From: Promethearchaeati archaeon
GTDB taxonomy: Archaea > Asgardarchaeota > Heimdallarchaeia > JABLTI01
Direction: 5' to 3'
DNA: 60,035 bases
NCBI GenBank assembly: GCA_013166835.1
Contig: JABLTI010000004.1
Location: 1 to 60,035 of the forward strand
Below, piece after piece: positions 19,273 to 28,159 of the stretch (position 1 is the first letter of the stretch; each line of letters starts with the position of its first letter). The notes below the pieces were generated by a model. The model saw nothing but the letters and a program-made list of their open reading frames with translations, was not told the origin of the DNA and searched no databases. The translations under genes and the position numbers were made by a program.

Positions 19273-19438
19273 TTTTAATGTTTTTTTGTGTGGAGAAGGT
19301 TTTATATTTTTGTTAGCAATATCTTTACATGTAGTTCATTATAGATCAAATTCAAAAATGTAAATAGTACTATAAATTACAAAATTTACTCCTTCATTTA
19401 GTGCAAAATATAGGTGACAGGTTAAAGAGGCGTATTTA

Positions 19439-19600
19439 ATGAGAACAATATCATTAGGCATTCCAGATTTGCTTTTGGATGAAATAGATCAATTGGTGGA
19501 AAAGAACAAGATTTATGACAATAGAAGTGATGTTCTCAGACAAGCTATTGAAGAACTACTTTCCAAAGAATTAGAATATTACAAATCAAAATCCACCTAG
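19439..19600 (+). CDS. 53-aa ribbon-helix-helix (CopG/NikR-like) regulator
   Basis: Hand translation MRTISLGIPDLLLDEIDQLVEKNKIYDNRSDVLRQAIEELL...; GAGG RBS. Confidence 0.85.
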   Translation: MRTISLGIPDLLLDEIDQLVEKNKIYDNRSDVLRQAIEELLSKELEYYKSKST

Positions 19601-19609
19601 AAGATAAAA

Positions 19610-19993
19610 TCAATTACGATATTTAGGTCTTTGATACTGAAAATATTTTATTCTTTCTTCGCTTAGTGATGATTTTACTTTTCTTTGATGCTCTGCTATA
19701 ACGCGATATTCTACTCGAGAGAAATCTTTAGTACGATATCTTTTACGATTATACCTACCAGGTGTTTTCTCTGAGTCTGCTGTCCCATCGAAAACAGGTT
19801 GAGGTAGCAAACCGCGATCATGAAGATTGTAAATAATAATTCCTGAGATTAATGCTAATACAATTAAAACGGATATCTCTATTGATGTTTCAATATCAAA
19901 ATAATCAAGAATAAACCAAAGCAAAACCCCAGATATAATAGATGCTATAATAAACACCAAAACATACTCGAACTTTAATTTCTTATAATTCAT
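19610..19993 (-). CDS. small membrane protein
   Basis: Two TM helices and a basic tail. Confidence 0.65.
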   Translation of the reverse strand: MNYKKLKFEYVLVFIIASIISGVLLWFILDYFDIETSIEISVLIVLALISGIIIYNLHDRGLLPQPVFDGTADSEKTPGRYNRKRYRTKDFSRVEYRVIAEHQRKVKSSLSEERIKYFQYQRPKYRN

Positions 19994-20090
19994 TGTTTAT
20001 ATGGAGTCTCCAGAAGTTACTGAAAAAATATTCTTTGGTCCTTTTGAATTTTGTTAATTGTTTCAATTGATATGATAGAAAAATTACTCA

Positions 20091-20912
20091 TTAACTTATA
20101 GTAACAATCCAAAACATGATTATACTACCAATAACAGGGAGAAAGATATTATCTAACCATTTCCAGCTAACAGCTTCAGCAATAGCACATAATATTCCTC
20201 CGAATAATATGATCCAAATACTTGATATTGAAAATGGTATTTTATATATAAGAGCTGTTACCACAAAACTCAGTAAGCTGAAAATAAAAACAGCGAATGT
20301 TCCTGAGGCTGTTTTTTGATTAAATATTTGATATTTTCCTAAAGGGAATTTCTTTCCAAAAACCTCTCCAGAAGTATCAGCCCACGATATTATTAATGCC
20401 CCAGCTACAAAAACTGGAAGGTTATCTCTAAAAATAATTAATAACACAAGTAAAGTGATTAAGGTTACTGAAGTATTTAGTATGAATGTGAAGTCTTTTT
20501 CATTGTCTCTACAATCTTTCAAAATAAAATACTCTTTTATTATTTCGAATTTTGAGAAGAAAATCAAGATAAGGAAAATAAATAGGAAAAAAGCAATTGC
20601 TAAAATAACACCGAAAATGGATTGGAAATAAAATATAATAAAAGCTATATATGTTCCTCCAATAGAGTGTATAATTTTCCTTGTAACCCAAATAGGAAAA
20701 TTTGAGTTTTTTAGAATTAATAAAATGATGAGAAAATAGAAGCCTGCTATTGCTGAAATTATCGTTAAAAAGAAATCCATTCTAGACAAAGACCATAAAT
20801 CAAGAGATAATATAGATATAAAATTACCGAGTGGATAATTTTGAGTTTTAAGGGAGAATATCCCATGTAAGTTAGGAATTATATTCAACATATTTTTACA
20901 AATGAAATTCAT
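20091..20912 (-). CDS. CTP-dependent polyprenol/dolichol/diacylglycerol kinase family protein
   Basis: TRKIIH, WADTSGEVFG, KTASGT, LDNIFLP. The true start may be downstream (for example ATG 20780). Confidence 0.8.
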   Translation of the reverse strand: MNFICKNMLNIIPNLHGIFSLKTQNYPLGNFISILSLDLWSLSRMDFFLTIISAIAGFYFLIILLILKNSNFPIWVTRKIIHSIGGTYIAFIIFYFQSIFGVILAIAFFLFIFLILIFFSKFEIIKEYFILKDCRDNEKDFTFILNTSVTLITLLVLLIIFRDNLPVFVAGALIISWADTSGEVFGKKFPLGKYQIFNQKTASGTFAVFIFSLLSFVVTALIYKIPFSISSIWIILFGGILCAIAEAVSWKWLDNIFLPVIGSIIMFWIVTIS

Positions 20913-21001
20913 TATTGATTATTTGTAAATTTTTCTAATAGAAATAATATCGTATAATTAGAAAAAATTGAAATGAAAGCTACAAATTTTATCGAATAAT
21001 T

Positions 21002-22096
21002 TCATTTTTCTTCGATTTTTTGAAAATGGCTTGATCCATATCGAGCAAAAATTGAGCAAGTGCCTTCATGAGATACCATACATGGTCCAATGGGTTTATC
21101 TGGAGAGCATTTTTTCAAAAATAATTTACATTCAGGTGGAAGCATATTCCCGAGCATGACTTCATGGCATTTGCAACCGGGATGAATGTCTACAGATTTT
21201 TCAAGCTCAATATCGAATTTCATAAACGCATCATAGTGTTCTAAATCCTTAGTAATTGCTAAACCACTATTTTCCACAAGTCCGATACCTCGCCAATTAG
21301 CGTCCACAATATCAAATGCTTCGTTCATTATTTCCTGAGCTTTAATATTACCTTTAGGCTTAACTACTCGAGAATATTCATTCACAACTGCTGGTTTATC
21401 ATTTCTTATCATTTTCAGAATTTGTATTAATCCAATAACCATGTCAATTGCTTCAAATCCAGTTATAACACAAGGCATTTTGTATTTATCACTAAATGGT
21501 TGGTAAGATTCCAAACCAATTATAACCGAAACATGACCTGGACAAATAAAACCTTTAGTTTTTTTTCTTTCAGATTTAAGTAATAGCTCCATAGCAGGCA
21601 CAGTTAATCGATGTGCAGAGAGTAAAGAGAAATTATTCGGAGGATTATCTAGTAAAGCTGCACCAGTCATTGGAGCAGTTGTTTCGAATCCGACCGCGAG
21701 GAAAACTACCTCTTTATTTGGATTTTTTTCTGCAATTTTTACTGCGTCTTGTGGTGAATAAACTATTCTTATATCATTTCCATCTCTTTTTGCATCAGAA
21801 AGGCTTTTTTTTGTTGCAGGAACTTTGAGCATATCACCAAATGTAGTAATAATTTTACCTTGTTCTGCAAGTTTTAAAGCATAATCAATTTCATAGGAAG
21901 GACAAACACAAACGGGACAACCTGGACCAGGTATAATACCAATAGTACTAGGAATTATTGATCTAATACCAAAACGTGATGCGGTCATTTCATGAGTTCC
22001 ACATACATGAGTGATTTTTATTTCTTCTTTTGGTGCTATGGCTTCTAATCGTTTTATAGCACCTGAAATTAGTTCTTTATTTTTCGCTATTACCAT
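21002..22096 (-). CDS. hypD: [NiFe]-hydrogenase maturation protein HypD
   Basis: VCGTH, GPGCPVC, GFETT, PGHVS, GPCMVSHEGTC. Confidence 0.96.
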   Translation of the reverse strand: MVIAKNKELISGAIKRLEAIAPKEEIKITHVCGTHEMTASRFGIRSIIPSTIGIIPGPGCPVCVCPSYEIDYALKLAEQGKIITTFGDMLKVPATKKSLSDAKRDGNDIRIVYSPQDAVKIAEKNPNKEVVFLAVGFETTAPMTGAALLDNPPNNFSLLSAHRLTVPAMELLLKSERKKTKGFICPGHVSVIIGLESYQPFSDKYKMPCVITGFEAIDMVIGLIQILKMIRNDKPAVVNEYSRVVKPKGNIKAQEIMNEAFDIVDANWRGIGLVENSGLAITKDLEHYDAFMKFDIELEKSVDIHPGCKCHEVMLGNMLPPECKLFLKKCSPDKPIGPCMVSHEGTCSIFARYGSSHFQKIEEK

Positions 22097-22156
22097 AAAA
22101 TATCAACATCATTTTATGAAATTTTTTATCTTTTAATGAGATTATGTTCAACTAAT

Positions 22157-22558
22157 TCATTCTTTTATAAAATACTCATTTTCGATTTTACCCGAGATTG
22201 CCTTCATTTTTATAAAGGCTTGAAGAGCTTTTTCGAGATTGTCCTCGCTTAATGATAATTCAGCAGCTAATTCAGTTAGTAAGAATTTCTTATCTGCTTT
22301 TTCAATGAATTCAACTATTAGCTCTTTTTTAGAGGGGCCTGTTGTTCCCTCATCTTTATGTTTACCTTTCAATCCCATAGTGCTTTTCCCACAACTAGGA
22401 CAGGTCCAAGTTGCCATAATCATAACTGTTACTCTTCCCTCAGAATCTGGCATAGGTGCTACTTTTGTCCATTCTTTGTTTGTCGGAACCTCAGTTGGTA
22501 ACCAGCTTTCGCCACATTTTTTACAGTTGACTCTTTTTATTTTAGTTTTTTTAGCCAA
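22157..22558 (-). CDS. Zn-ribbon + PCI-like winged-helix protein
   Basis: CKKC...CPSC, then LTELAAELSLSEDNLEKAL...ISGKIE. Confidence 0.6.
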   Translation of the reverse strand: MAKKTKIKRVNCKKCGESWLPTEVPTNKEWTKVAPMPDSEGRVTVMIMATWTCPSCGKSTMGLKGKHKDEGTTGPSKKELIVEFIEKADKKFLLTELAAELSLSEDNLEKALQAFIKMKAISGKIENEYFIKE

Positions 22559-22725
22559 TTTTCACGCCTCTACTGAAGAAATATTATAACTTTTTACTTG
22601 TTAAACTCTTCTATTCAATAATTATTATTTAATGTTTGTTCTGCAAAAACTAAATGATAATTTTATTAAAAACGGTTAAATTTTTAACCTTTATATGTGA
22701 ATGAGATTTAGTTGGGATTACATAT

Positions 22726-23409
22726 ATGCCTAAAACAACCATCCTTTTAGTTGATTCATCTATTGAGTTAATGCCGTCAAATTTGACTAATAATGAAATA
22801 ATAAAAAGACATGCAAAGAAAAGAGGTAAACAGCCTTCAACAGTCATTCTAGATTCATCATATCATCATAAAGCAATGGTAAAGATTCCTGATTCAAAAA
22901 AGAGAGGTAGACCAGATATTCTACATTTCTGTTTACAAAATCTAATTGGTTCACCATTAGTGAGAAGTAACCCAGGATCAATAGAAATTTATGTACATAC
23001 AATCAATAATCAAATTTTAAAAATAAATCCTGAAACAAGACTTCCAAAGAATTTTAACAGATTCATTGGTCTTATGGAACAAGTATTTAGTAAAAAAGTA
23101 ATTAAAAGCAATGAAAAAACACTCATCGAAATGATAGAGAACACATCCATTGAAGAATTAATAGGAGATATTCCAAAGGAGAATAGATTAATCTTCTCAT
23201 CAAAAGGATCACTAATTAAATTGCCAGAATACTTCATCGACTATGCAAAAAAAGATTTAGTTTTAATAATTGGAGCATTTCCTCATGGTAGTTTTTCCGA
23301 GAAAATTTTGAGAACATCAAATAAAATACTGTCAATTTACCCACAATCAATAGAAGCATGGGTTGTTCTAAATCGTGTTATTTTCTCGAGAGAGATTGCT
23401 ATGCTTTAA
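22726..23409 (+). CDS. nep1: Nep1/Emg1 rRNA pseudouridine N1-methyltransferase
   Basis: LDSSYHH, RGRPDILH, RLPKNFNRF.GLMEQ, IGAFPHG. Confidence 0.94.
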   Translation: MPKTTILLVDSSIELMPSNLTNNEIIKRHAKKRGKQPSTVILDSSYHHKAMVKIPDSKKRGRPDILHFCLQNLIGSPLVRSNPGSIEIYVHTINNQILKINPETRLPKNFNRFIGLMEQVFSKKVIKSNEKTLIEMIENTSIEELIGDIPKENRLIFSSKGSLIKLPEYFIDYAKKDLVLIIGAFPHGSFSEKILRTSNKILSIYPQSIEAWVVLNRVIFSREIAML

Positions 23410-23522
23410 ATCATTTGTTAGGCATTTACATTTTATCAAATCTTTCCGTCAATATTATAGACTACCCAATAATATAAGCGGTGTTTAAAGGATGTTTTTT
23501 GTATTTTATTTAGAGGGGCAAA

Positions 23523-26408
23523 ATGAACAGCGAAGTAAAACAAAAAAATACTAAGAGAAAAAAAATAACAGGTATTATTACTCTTAGTCTATTTATTATC
23601 ATAGCATTTGTTTTCTTATTTCAAATGGAAATAATTAGAGATCTAATTGGTTTTGAAGGATCAATTTCATTAAATTTCAAAAAAATATTAACCTACATGT
23701 TTAGTTCGATAGGAACAATTGGTGTTACTGTTAGTATATTCTTTGCTATTAAATTTGCATATAGAAAAGTTCCACTTCAAGGAGAACTCGTTTCCTCAGA
23801 TGAAATAATCCAGAAAAAGAAATTCTTTCCTCAATACCGAGTTACACATATATTGAAAATAAAAGGTTTGCCTAGAAAATTTATTGAAAAGATGAAGAAG
23901 GACAACTCATCTGATGAATTACTTTATTTGAGAAATTGGGATGTAATAGCAAGTTTAGCTCAAGTTTGTGATGAGATTTCTTTTTGGGTTGTGAAAAATA
24001 AAAATCAGATTCAAATTTATTTTTCAATTTCAGGTTGGAGTTGGTTCACCAAAGAAAAAGCTTCAAAAAAAGCAATCAATAGTGTTTTATCATTTAAGGC
24101 AGCATTTAATAATATTTATCCTTCTATTTTATTTGAAAATGCATCTCTTCAAGATTCAAAGGTCTTGCTTAATGTTATTAACAAGTGTGATTTTGGTTTA
24201 CTTACAAAAGGTATACCAGCTCTCAAAACAAATCAAACACAGATTGATAGATTAATTAATACTTTTAGTTCTATAGGAGAAGATTGCTTCTATGTTACTA
24301 GTTTTAGTGGCATAAGAAAAGGTTCTGAAAAACGACAAAGCTCAAAGACTTTTATTCGGAAAGAAATCAGTAATGAATTTGATAATGATTTTTTTGATTC
24401 AAAGAAAACTGGCCAAAGCAAAATAGGAACATATGCCTTTTCGGAAACTGAAAGTGGTATGCACATAATTTTAGCTGCATTACTAAGTATTTGGTCAGGA
24501 ACACATACTTTTGATGTAGAAAAATTAGGTGATTGCACAAATAAAACATACTATAAAAGAATACAAAAACTTAATCCAATAAAAAATACTCGATTGAGTA
24601 ATAAAACTTTGAGCAGCTTTGTGCATTTACCGGAAAAACCTTTCTTAACTGAAGATACAGGACAGCCTATTTTTGAAATACCTTCTCAAAAAGAAGAAAT
24701 ACATCCTGATATTGTATTAGGTAATATTGTTCAAAATGATCGAATTTTAGATGAATACACAATTCCGCTTGAGAATTTCTTGTTTAATACTGAAATTGTT
24801 GGTATGATTGGTAGAGGAAAATCCTATCTTGTAGCGTCAATTATTGAGCAATTATTAAATAAGAATCTAGGTTGTTTAATTTTTGATTTGAAAGGAGAAT
24901 ATGCAGAATTCTTTGTCAATGATCCAGATGTCTTTGTTTACACAATTGGTAATCCAGCACCGCTAGGAATTAATCTGTTTCAAATGAACTCAAATGATGA
25001 TGTTCAAAATATAATAGCGTTAATTTGTGAAATGTTGACAATTGCTGGATCACCATTTAGTCCAACAATGCTAAATATTTTCGAGTCAGCATTGCAAAAG
25101 GTTACTAAAAGGGAAGAGAAAAATCTAGAAATCTTTATGCATTGCTTGTATCAAAGCTCAGAGGAATATTCAAGCAGCATGAAAACATCATATTCAAGAG
25201 ATTCTATTGATGCTATTCTTAATAGATTAAATTATATTTTTGGGGGAGTGAATTATGAAGTTTTTAGTGCCATGAGTAATACATTAGACTTTTCAATGCT
25301 TGATCAAGGTAAGAAGATAATTCTAGACTTTAGTGAATATCTTAGAAGAGGAGCAAATACAGCCTCTTTATTTCTAGTTTGTAATTTAATTTTACATTTA
25401 TTATCAAAACATGCATCTCAAAAAGGAATCACTAACAGCTTGAGGTATTTAGTTATACTGGAGGAAGCTATGTATTTGATCCCTAAGAGATTTAATCTGG
25501 ATTCGACAGCAAGTATTGGTTATTCAGAACAAAACTTCATAACGGGAAGATCCTTAGGAATTGGAACTATAACAATATATCAACTATGGGATAGTGTGAG
25601 TTCCGTTGTACATGCGAATTCTTTAACTAAAGTTCTATTTAGGGGGGAGGAAACTGAAAAAATCCGAAATGCGATAATTCTAACTGATGAGCAATTTAAT
25701 TATTTACCACACTTACCTGAGAGGAACTTCATTTTAAAGTCAAAAACATTATCAGGTCCTGCTTTAATGAAAACAAAAACATTTGAACGGAGACCATATT
25801 CAAAAAATGAATATTTACAATTAGCGAAAGAAAAATTCAATAGAAGTGGTTTTAGATATGAAATGATATCACAGAATTTACTGGAATTGAGAAAATGTAT
25901 ATTTGAAAAAAGAAATTATAAACCAAAAAAATCTAACTTTGATGCAGTTACTAAAGAGTTTACTAAAAATGAGAAAACTACAAATACTGAGAAAATCCCA
26001 AGAAAAAGACAATTTAATAACTATTCTTGGGAATGGTGTATAAATATATGTCCAGTAAGATACGAGTACAAAGATAAGAGTTCTAATTGGATAAAAGAGA
26101 ATATATGTTTGAAAATACAAGATATTGCTCAAGAAATTTCAAAGCAGTTGATGACAAGACAAGAATTGGGATCAATGATTGATATTTTTGAGAAAAATCC
26201 TGATTATATAACTGAGAAAATTCTGGATTACTATAATGGACACTTTGAGGGCATAAATCCTAAGATGTTAACTTTTTGTACGATAAATCTAATATTGAAT
26301 GACCTTAAGAAGGAATTTAATCTAAGTAATACTTGGAAAAATAACTCATTAGTTAGATTAAAAAGCTCATTGAAAGACAAATCAATATCAGATTATTCTG
26401 TACATTAG
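23523..26408 (+). CDS. membrane-anchored HerA/VirB4/VirD4-like ATPase
   Basis: Two N-terminal TMs, GMIGRGKS, IFDLKGEY, VILEEA, GRSLGIG. Confidence 0.75.
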   Translation: MNSEVKQKNTKRKKITGIITLSLFIIIAFVFLFQMEIIRDLIGFEGSISLNFKKILTYMFSSIGTIGVTVSIFFAIKFAYRKVPLQGELVSSDEIIQKKKFFPQYRVTHILKIKGLPRKFIEKMKKDNSSDELLYLRNWDVIASLAQVCDEISFWVVKNKNQIQIYFSISGWSWFTKEKASKKAINSVLSFKAAFNNIYPSILFENASLQDSKVLLNVINKCDFGLLTKGIPALKTNQTQIDRLINTFSSIGEDCFYVTSFSGIRKGSEKRQSSKTFIRKEISNEFDNDFFDSKKTGQSKIGTYAFSETESGMHIILAALLSIWSGTHTFDVEKLGDCTNKTYYKRIQKLNPIKNTRLSNKTLSSFVHLPEKPFLTEDTGQPIFEIPSQKEEIHPDIVLGNIVQNDRILDEYTIPLENFLFNTEIVGMIGRGKSYLVASIIEQLLNKNLGCLIFDLKGEYAEFFVNDPDVFVYTIGNPAPLGINLFQMNSNDDVQNIIALICEMLTIAGSPFSPTMLNIFESALQKVTKREEKNLEIFMHCLYQSSEEYSSSMKTSYSRDSIDAILNRLNYIFGGVNYEVFSAMSNTLDFSMLDQGKKIILDFSEYLRRGANTASLFLVCNLILHLLSKHASQKGITNSLRYLVILEEAMYLIPKRFNLDSTASIGYSEQNFITGRSLGIGTITIYQLWDSVSSVVHANSLTKVLFRGEETEKIRNAIILTDEQFNYLPHLPERNFILKSKTLSGPALMKTKTFERRPYSKNEYLQLAKEKFNRSGFRYEMISQNLLELRKCIFEKRNYKPKKSNFDAVTKEFTKNEKTTNTEKIPRKRQFNNYSWEWCINICPVRYEYKDKSSNWIKENICLKIQDIAQEISKQLMTRQELGSMIDIFEKNPDYITEKILDYYNGHFEGINPKMLTFCTINLILNDLKKEFNLSNTWKNNSLVRLKSSLKDKSISDYSVH

Positions 26409-26527
26409 TAATCTCACTTAAATCAAATAATACTTTAGGTTAACTCCCCCTTTGAGAGGATTTTTTAATAGGTAAATAATTATGTTGAATGAGTTAATAT
26501 TGACCTTTTAGGGCAAGGGCAAACGCA

Positions 26528-27730
26528 ATGGATGAATTGTTAGAAAAAGAACTAAGAAAACCAACTCTAATTAAAAATCCCAGAGTACTGGATTTAAAAT
26601 ATATTCCAAAAAAGCTTTTACATAGAGAAGAAGAGCAAAAAATGCTTATACAGTATTTTAAACCAGTGATTGAAAAACCGGGAGAGTACTCACAAAGAGT
26701 TTCAATCATCGGAGCAATAGGTAGTGGAAAAACTGCAATTGCTTTGAAATTTGGGGAAATGGTTAAGGTCTATTCGACTCAAAAAAATTTGAACTTAGAA
26801 TATGTACATGTAAATTGTCGTAGAGCTAGATCTGCTTTCTTAACACTTCTTGAAATTGTTCGTAAATTTAATCCACATATACCTGTAAGAGGATTTTCAC
26901 CGGAAGAAATTTTGAATATGTTAACTGAAATTCTCAATAGAAAGAGGCTCTATTTAATTGTAACCTTGGATGAAATTGATTTTGTTATCAGAAAAGATGG
27001 CCCTGATTTGTTATATGATCTTACTCGCTTGACTGATGATGAAATTGATATGAAAGAACGAGTGTCTATAATCACAATTGTAAGAGATATAGCTTTTAGA
27101 ACTATGCTCGATGAAAGTACATTAAGTACTTTAAGACAAAATACTATTTTTTTGGAACCATATACCGAAGATCAGCTTAGAGATATAATAGCTGATAGAA
27201 TAAAGGAAGCCTTTTATGAAGATGTTGTTTCTAAAGAAGCTGCTGACCTTATAGCAGATATTGCATCAAAGAATGGTGATGCGCGATACGCAATTGAATT
27301 ATTGGAACGCGCAGGAATGCATGCGGATCATAGACAATCATTAAAGGTTTTACCAGAACATGTTCGTCATGCAAATGCATCTATCCATCCAGTCATTAGG
27401 CAAGAAATCGTGAAAGATTTAACAACACAACAAAAATTAATTCTTCTAGCAATTTCAATAAAATTAAAGACAACACAGAAAGCATATACTACAATGGGAG
27501 AGGTGGAAGAAACATATAAGAGACTATGTGAAGAATTCACTTTTCCGGTTAGAAGTCACACTCAATTATGGGAATATATTCAATATCTTCAAAATTGTGA
27601 TGTAATTACTACTAAGATTAGTAGTAAGGGACAAAGAGGGCAAACTACGCTAATCGGATTACCAGATGTCTCTGCAGAAAAAATTGAGAACGCTATCAGG
27701 GAGCAGTTGGAGAAACAGGCAGATAAATAA
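26528..27730 (+). CDS. cdc6: Orc1/Cdc6 replication initiator
   Basis: YIPKKLLHRE, GAIGSGKT, VNC, LDEID, GDARYAI, C-terminal wHTH with GQRGQT. Confidence 0.95.
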   Translation: MDELLEKELRKPTLIKNPRVLDLKYIPKKLLHREEEQKMLIQYFKPVIEKPGEYSQRVSIIGAIGSGKTAIALKFGEMVKVYSTQKNLNLEYVHVNCRRARSAFLTLLEIVRKFNPHIPVRGFSPEEILNMLTEILNRKRLYLIVTLDEIDFVIRKDGPDLLYDLTRLTDDEIDMKERVSIITIVRDIAFRTMLDESTLSTLRQNTIFLEPYTEDQLRDIIADRIKEAFYEDVVSKEAADLIADIASKNGDARYAIELLERAGMHADHRQSLKVLPEHVRHANASIHPVIRQEIVKDLTTQQKLILLAISIKLKTTQKAYTTMGEVEETYKRLCEEFTFPVRSHTQLWEYIQYLQNCDVITTKISSKGQRGQTTLIGLPDVSAEKIENAIREQLEKQADK

Positions 27731-27766
27731 TATAATTACTATTTGTGAAAGAGGTAGACAATCTAG

Positions 27767-28141
27767 ATGTATAGAGATACAACACATCGTTTGAATGAAA
27801 ATAAAGCAGAAACTGCAGAAGATGAGCTTATACAAGATTATGCTGAAAAAGAAATCGAAATCATAGATTTTGGAATAGAAGACGTTCTCTCATCAAGAGG
27901 ACGAATACTAATTCTCAAGACACTCGCTGAGATGGAAGAGCTAAATATTTCTGCAATTGCTAGAGTAGCTAATTTAAATCATAGTACAACAACGCAGCAT
28001 CTTAGTTTTTTAACAAAAGTAGGTTTGGTACAAGAAAAAAAATTCGGACGTATTAAGATTTTTAGATACAAAATAGAAAATGTAAAGGCTCGCTCATTGA
28101 AAAGATTGTTTGAAATATGGAAAAATGAAAACAAGTATTAA
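27767..28141 (+). CDS. ArsR-like winged-helix protein
   Basis: SSRGRILILK..LNISAIAR..LNHSTTTQHL..GLV. Confidence 0.8.
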   Translation: MYRDTTHRLNENKAETAEDELIQDYAEKEIEIIDFGIEDVLSSRGRILILKTLAEMEELNISAIARVANLNHSTTTQHLSFLTKVGLVQEKKFGRIKIFRYKIENVKARSLKRLFEIWKNENKY

Positions 28142-28159
28142 TAATTTTATGAAGCCTGA

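Noticed and set aside
21002-22096. hypD and hypF as part of a hydrogenase cluster
   Set aside because: They are isolated and about 18 kb apart with no hydrogenase subunits; dispersal of hyp genes is common in archaea.
26409-26527. Origin adjacent to cdc6
   Set aside because: Short intergenic region with no TTCCA..GAAA..GGG ORB match.
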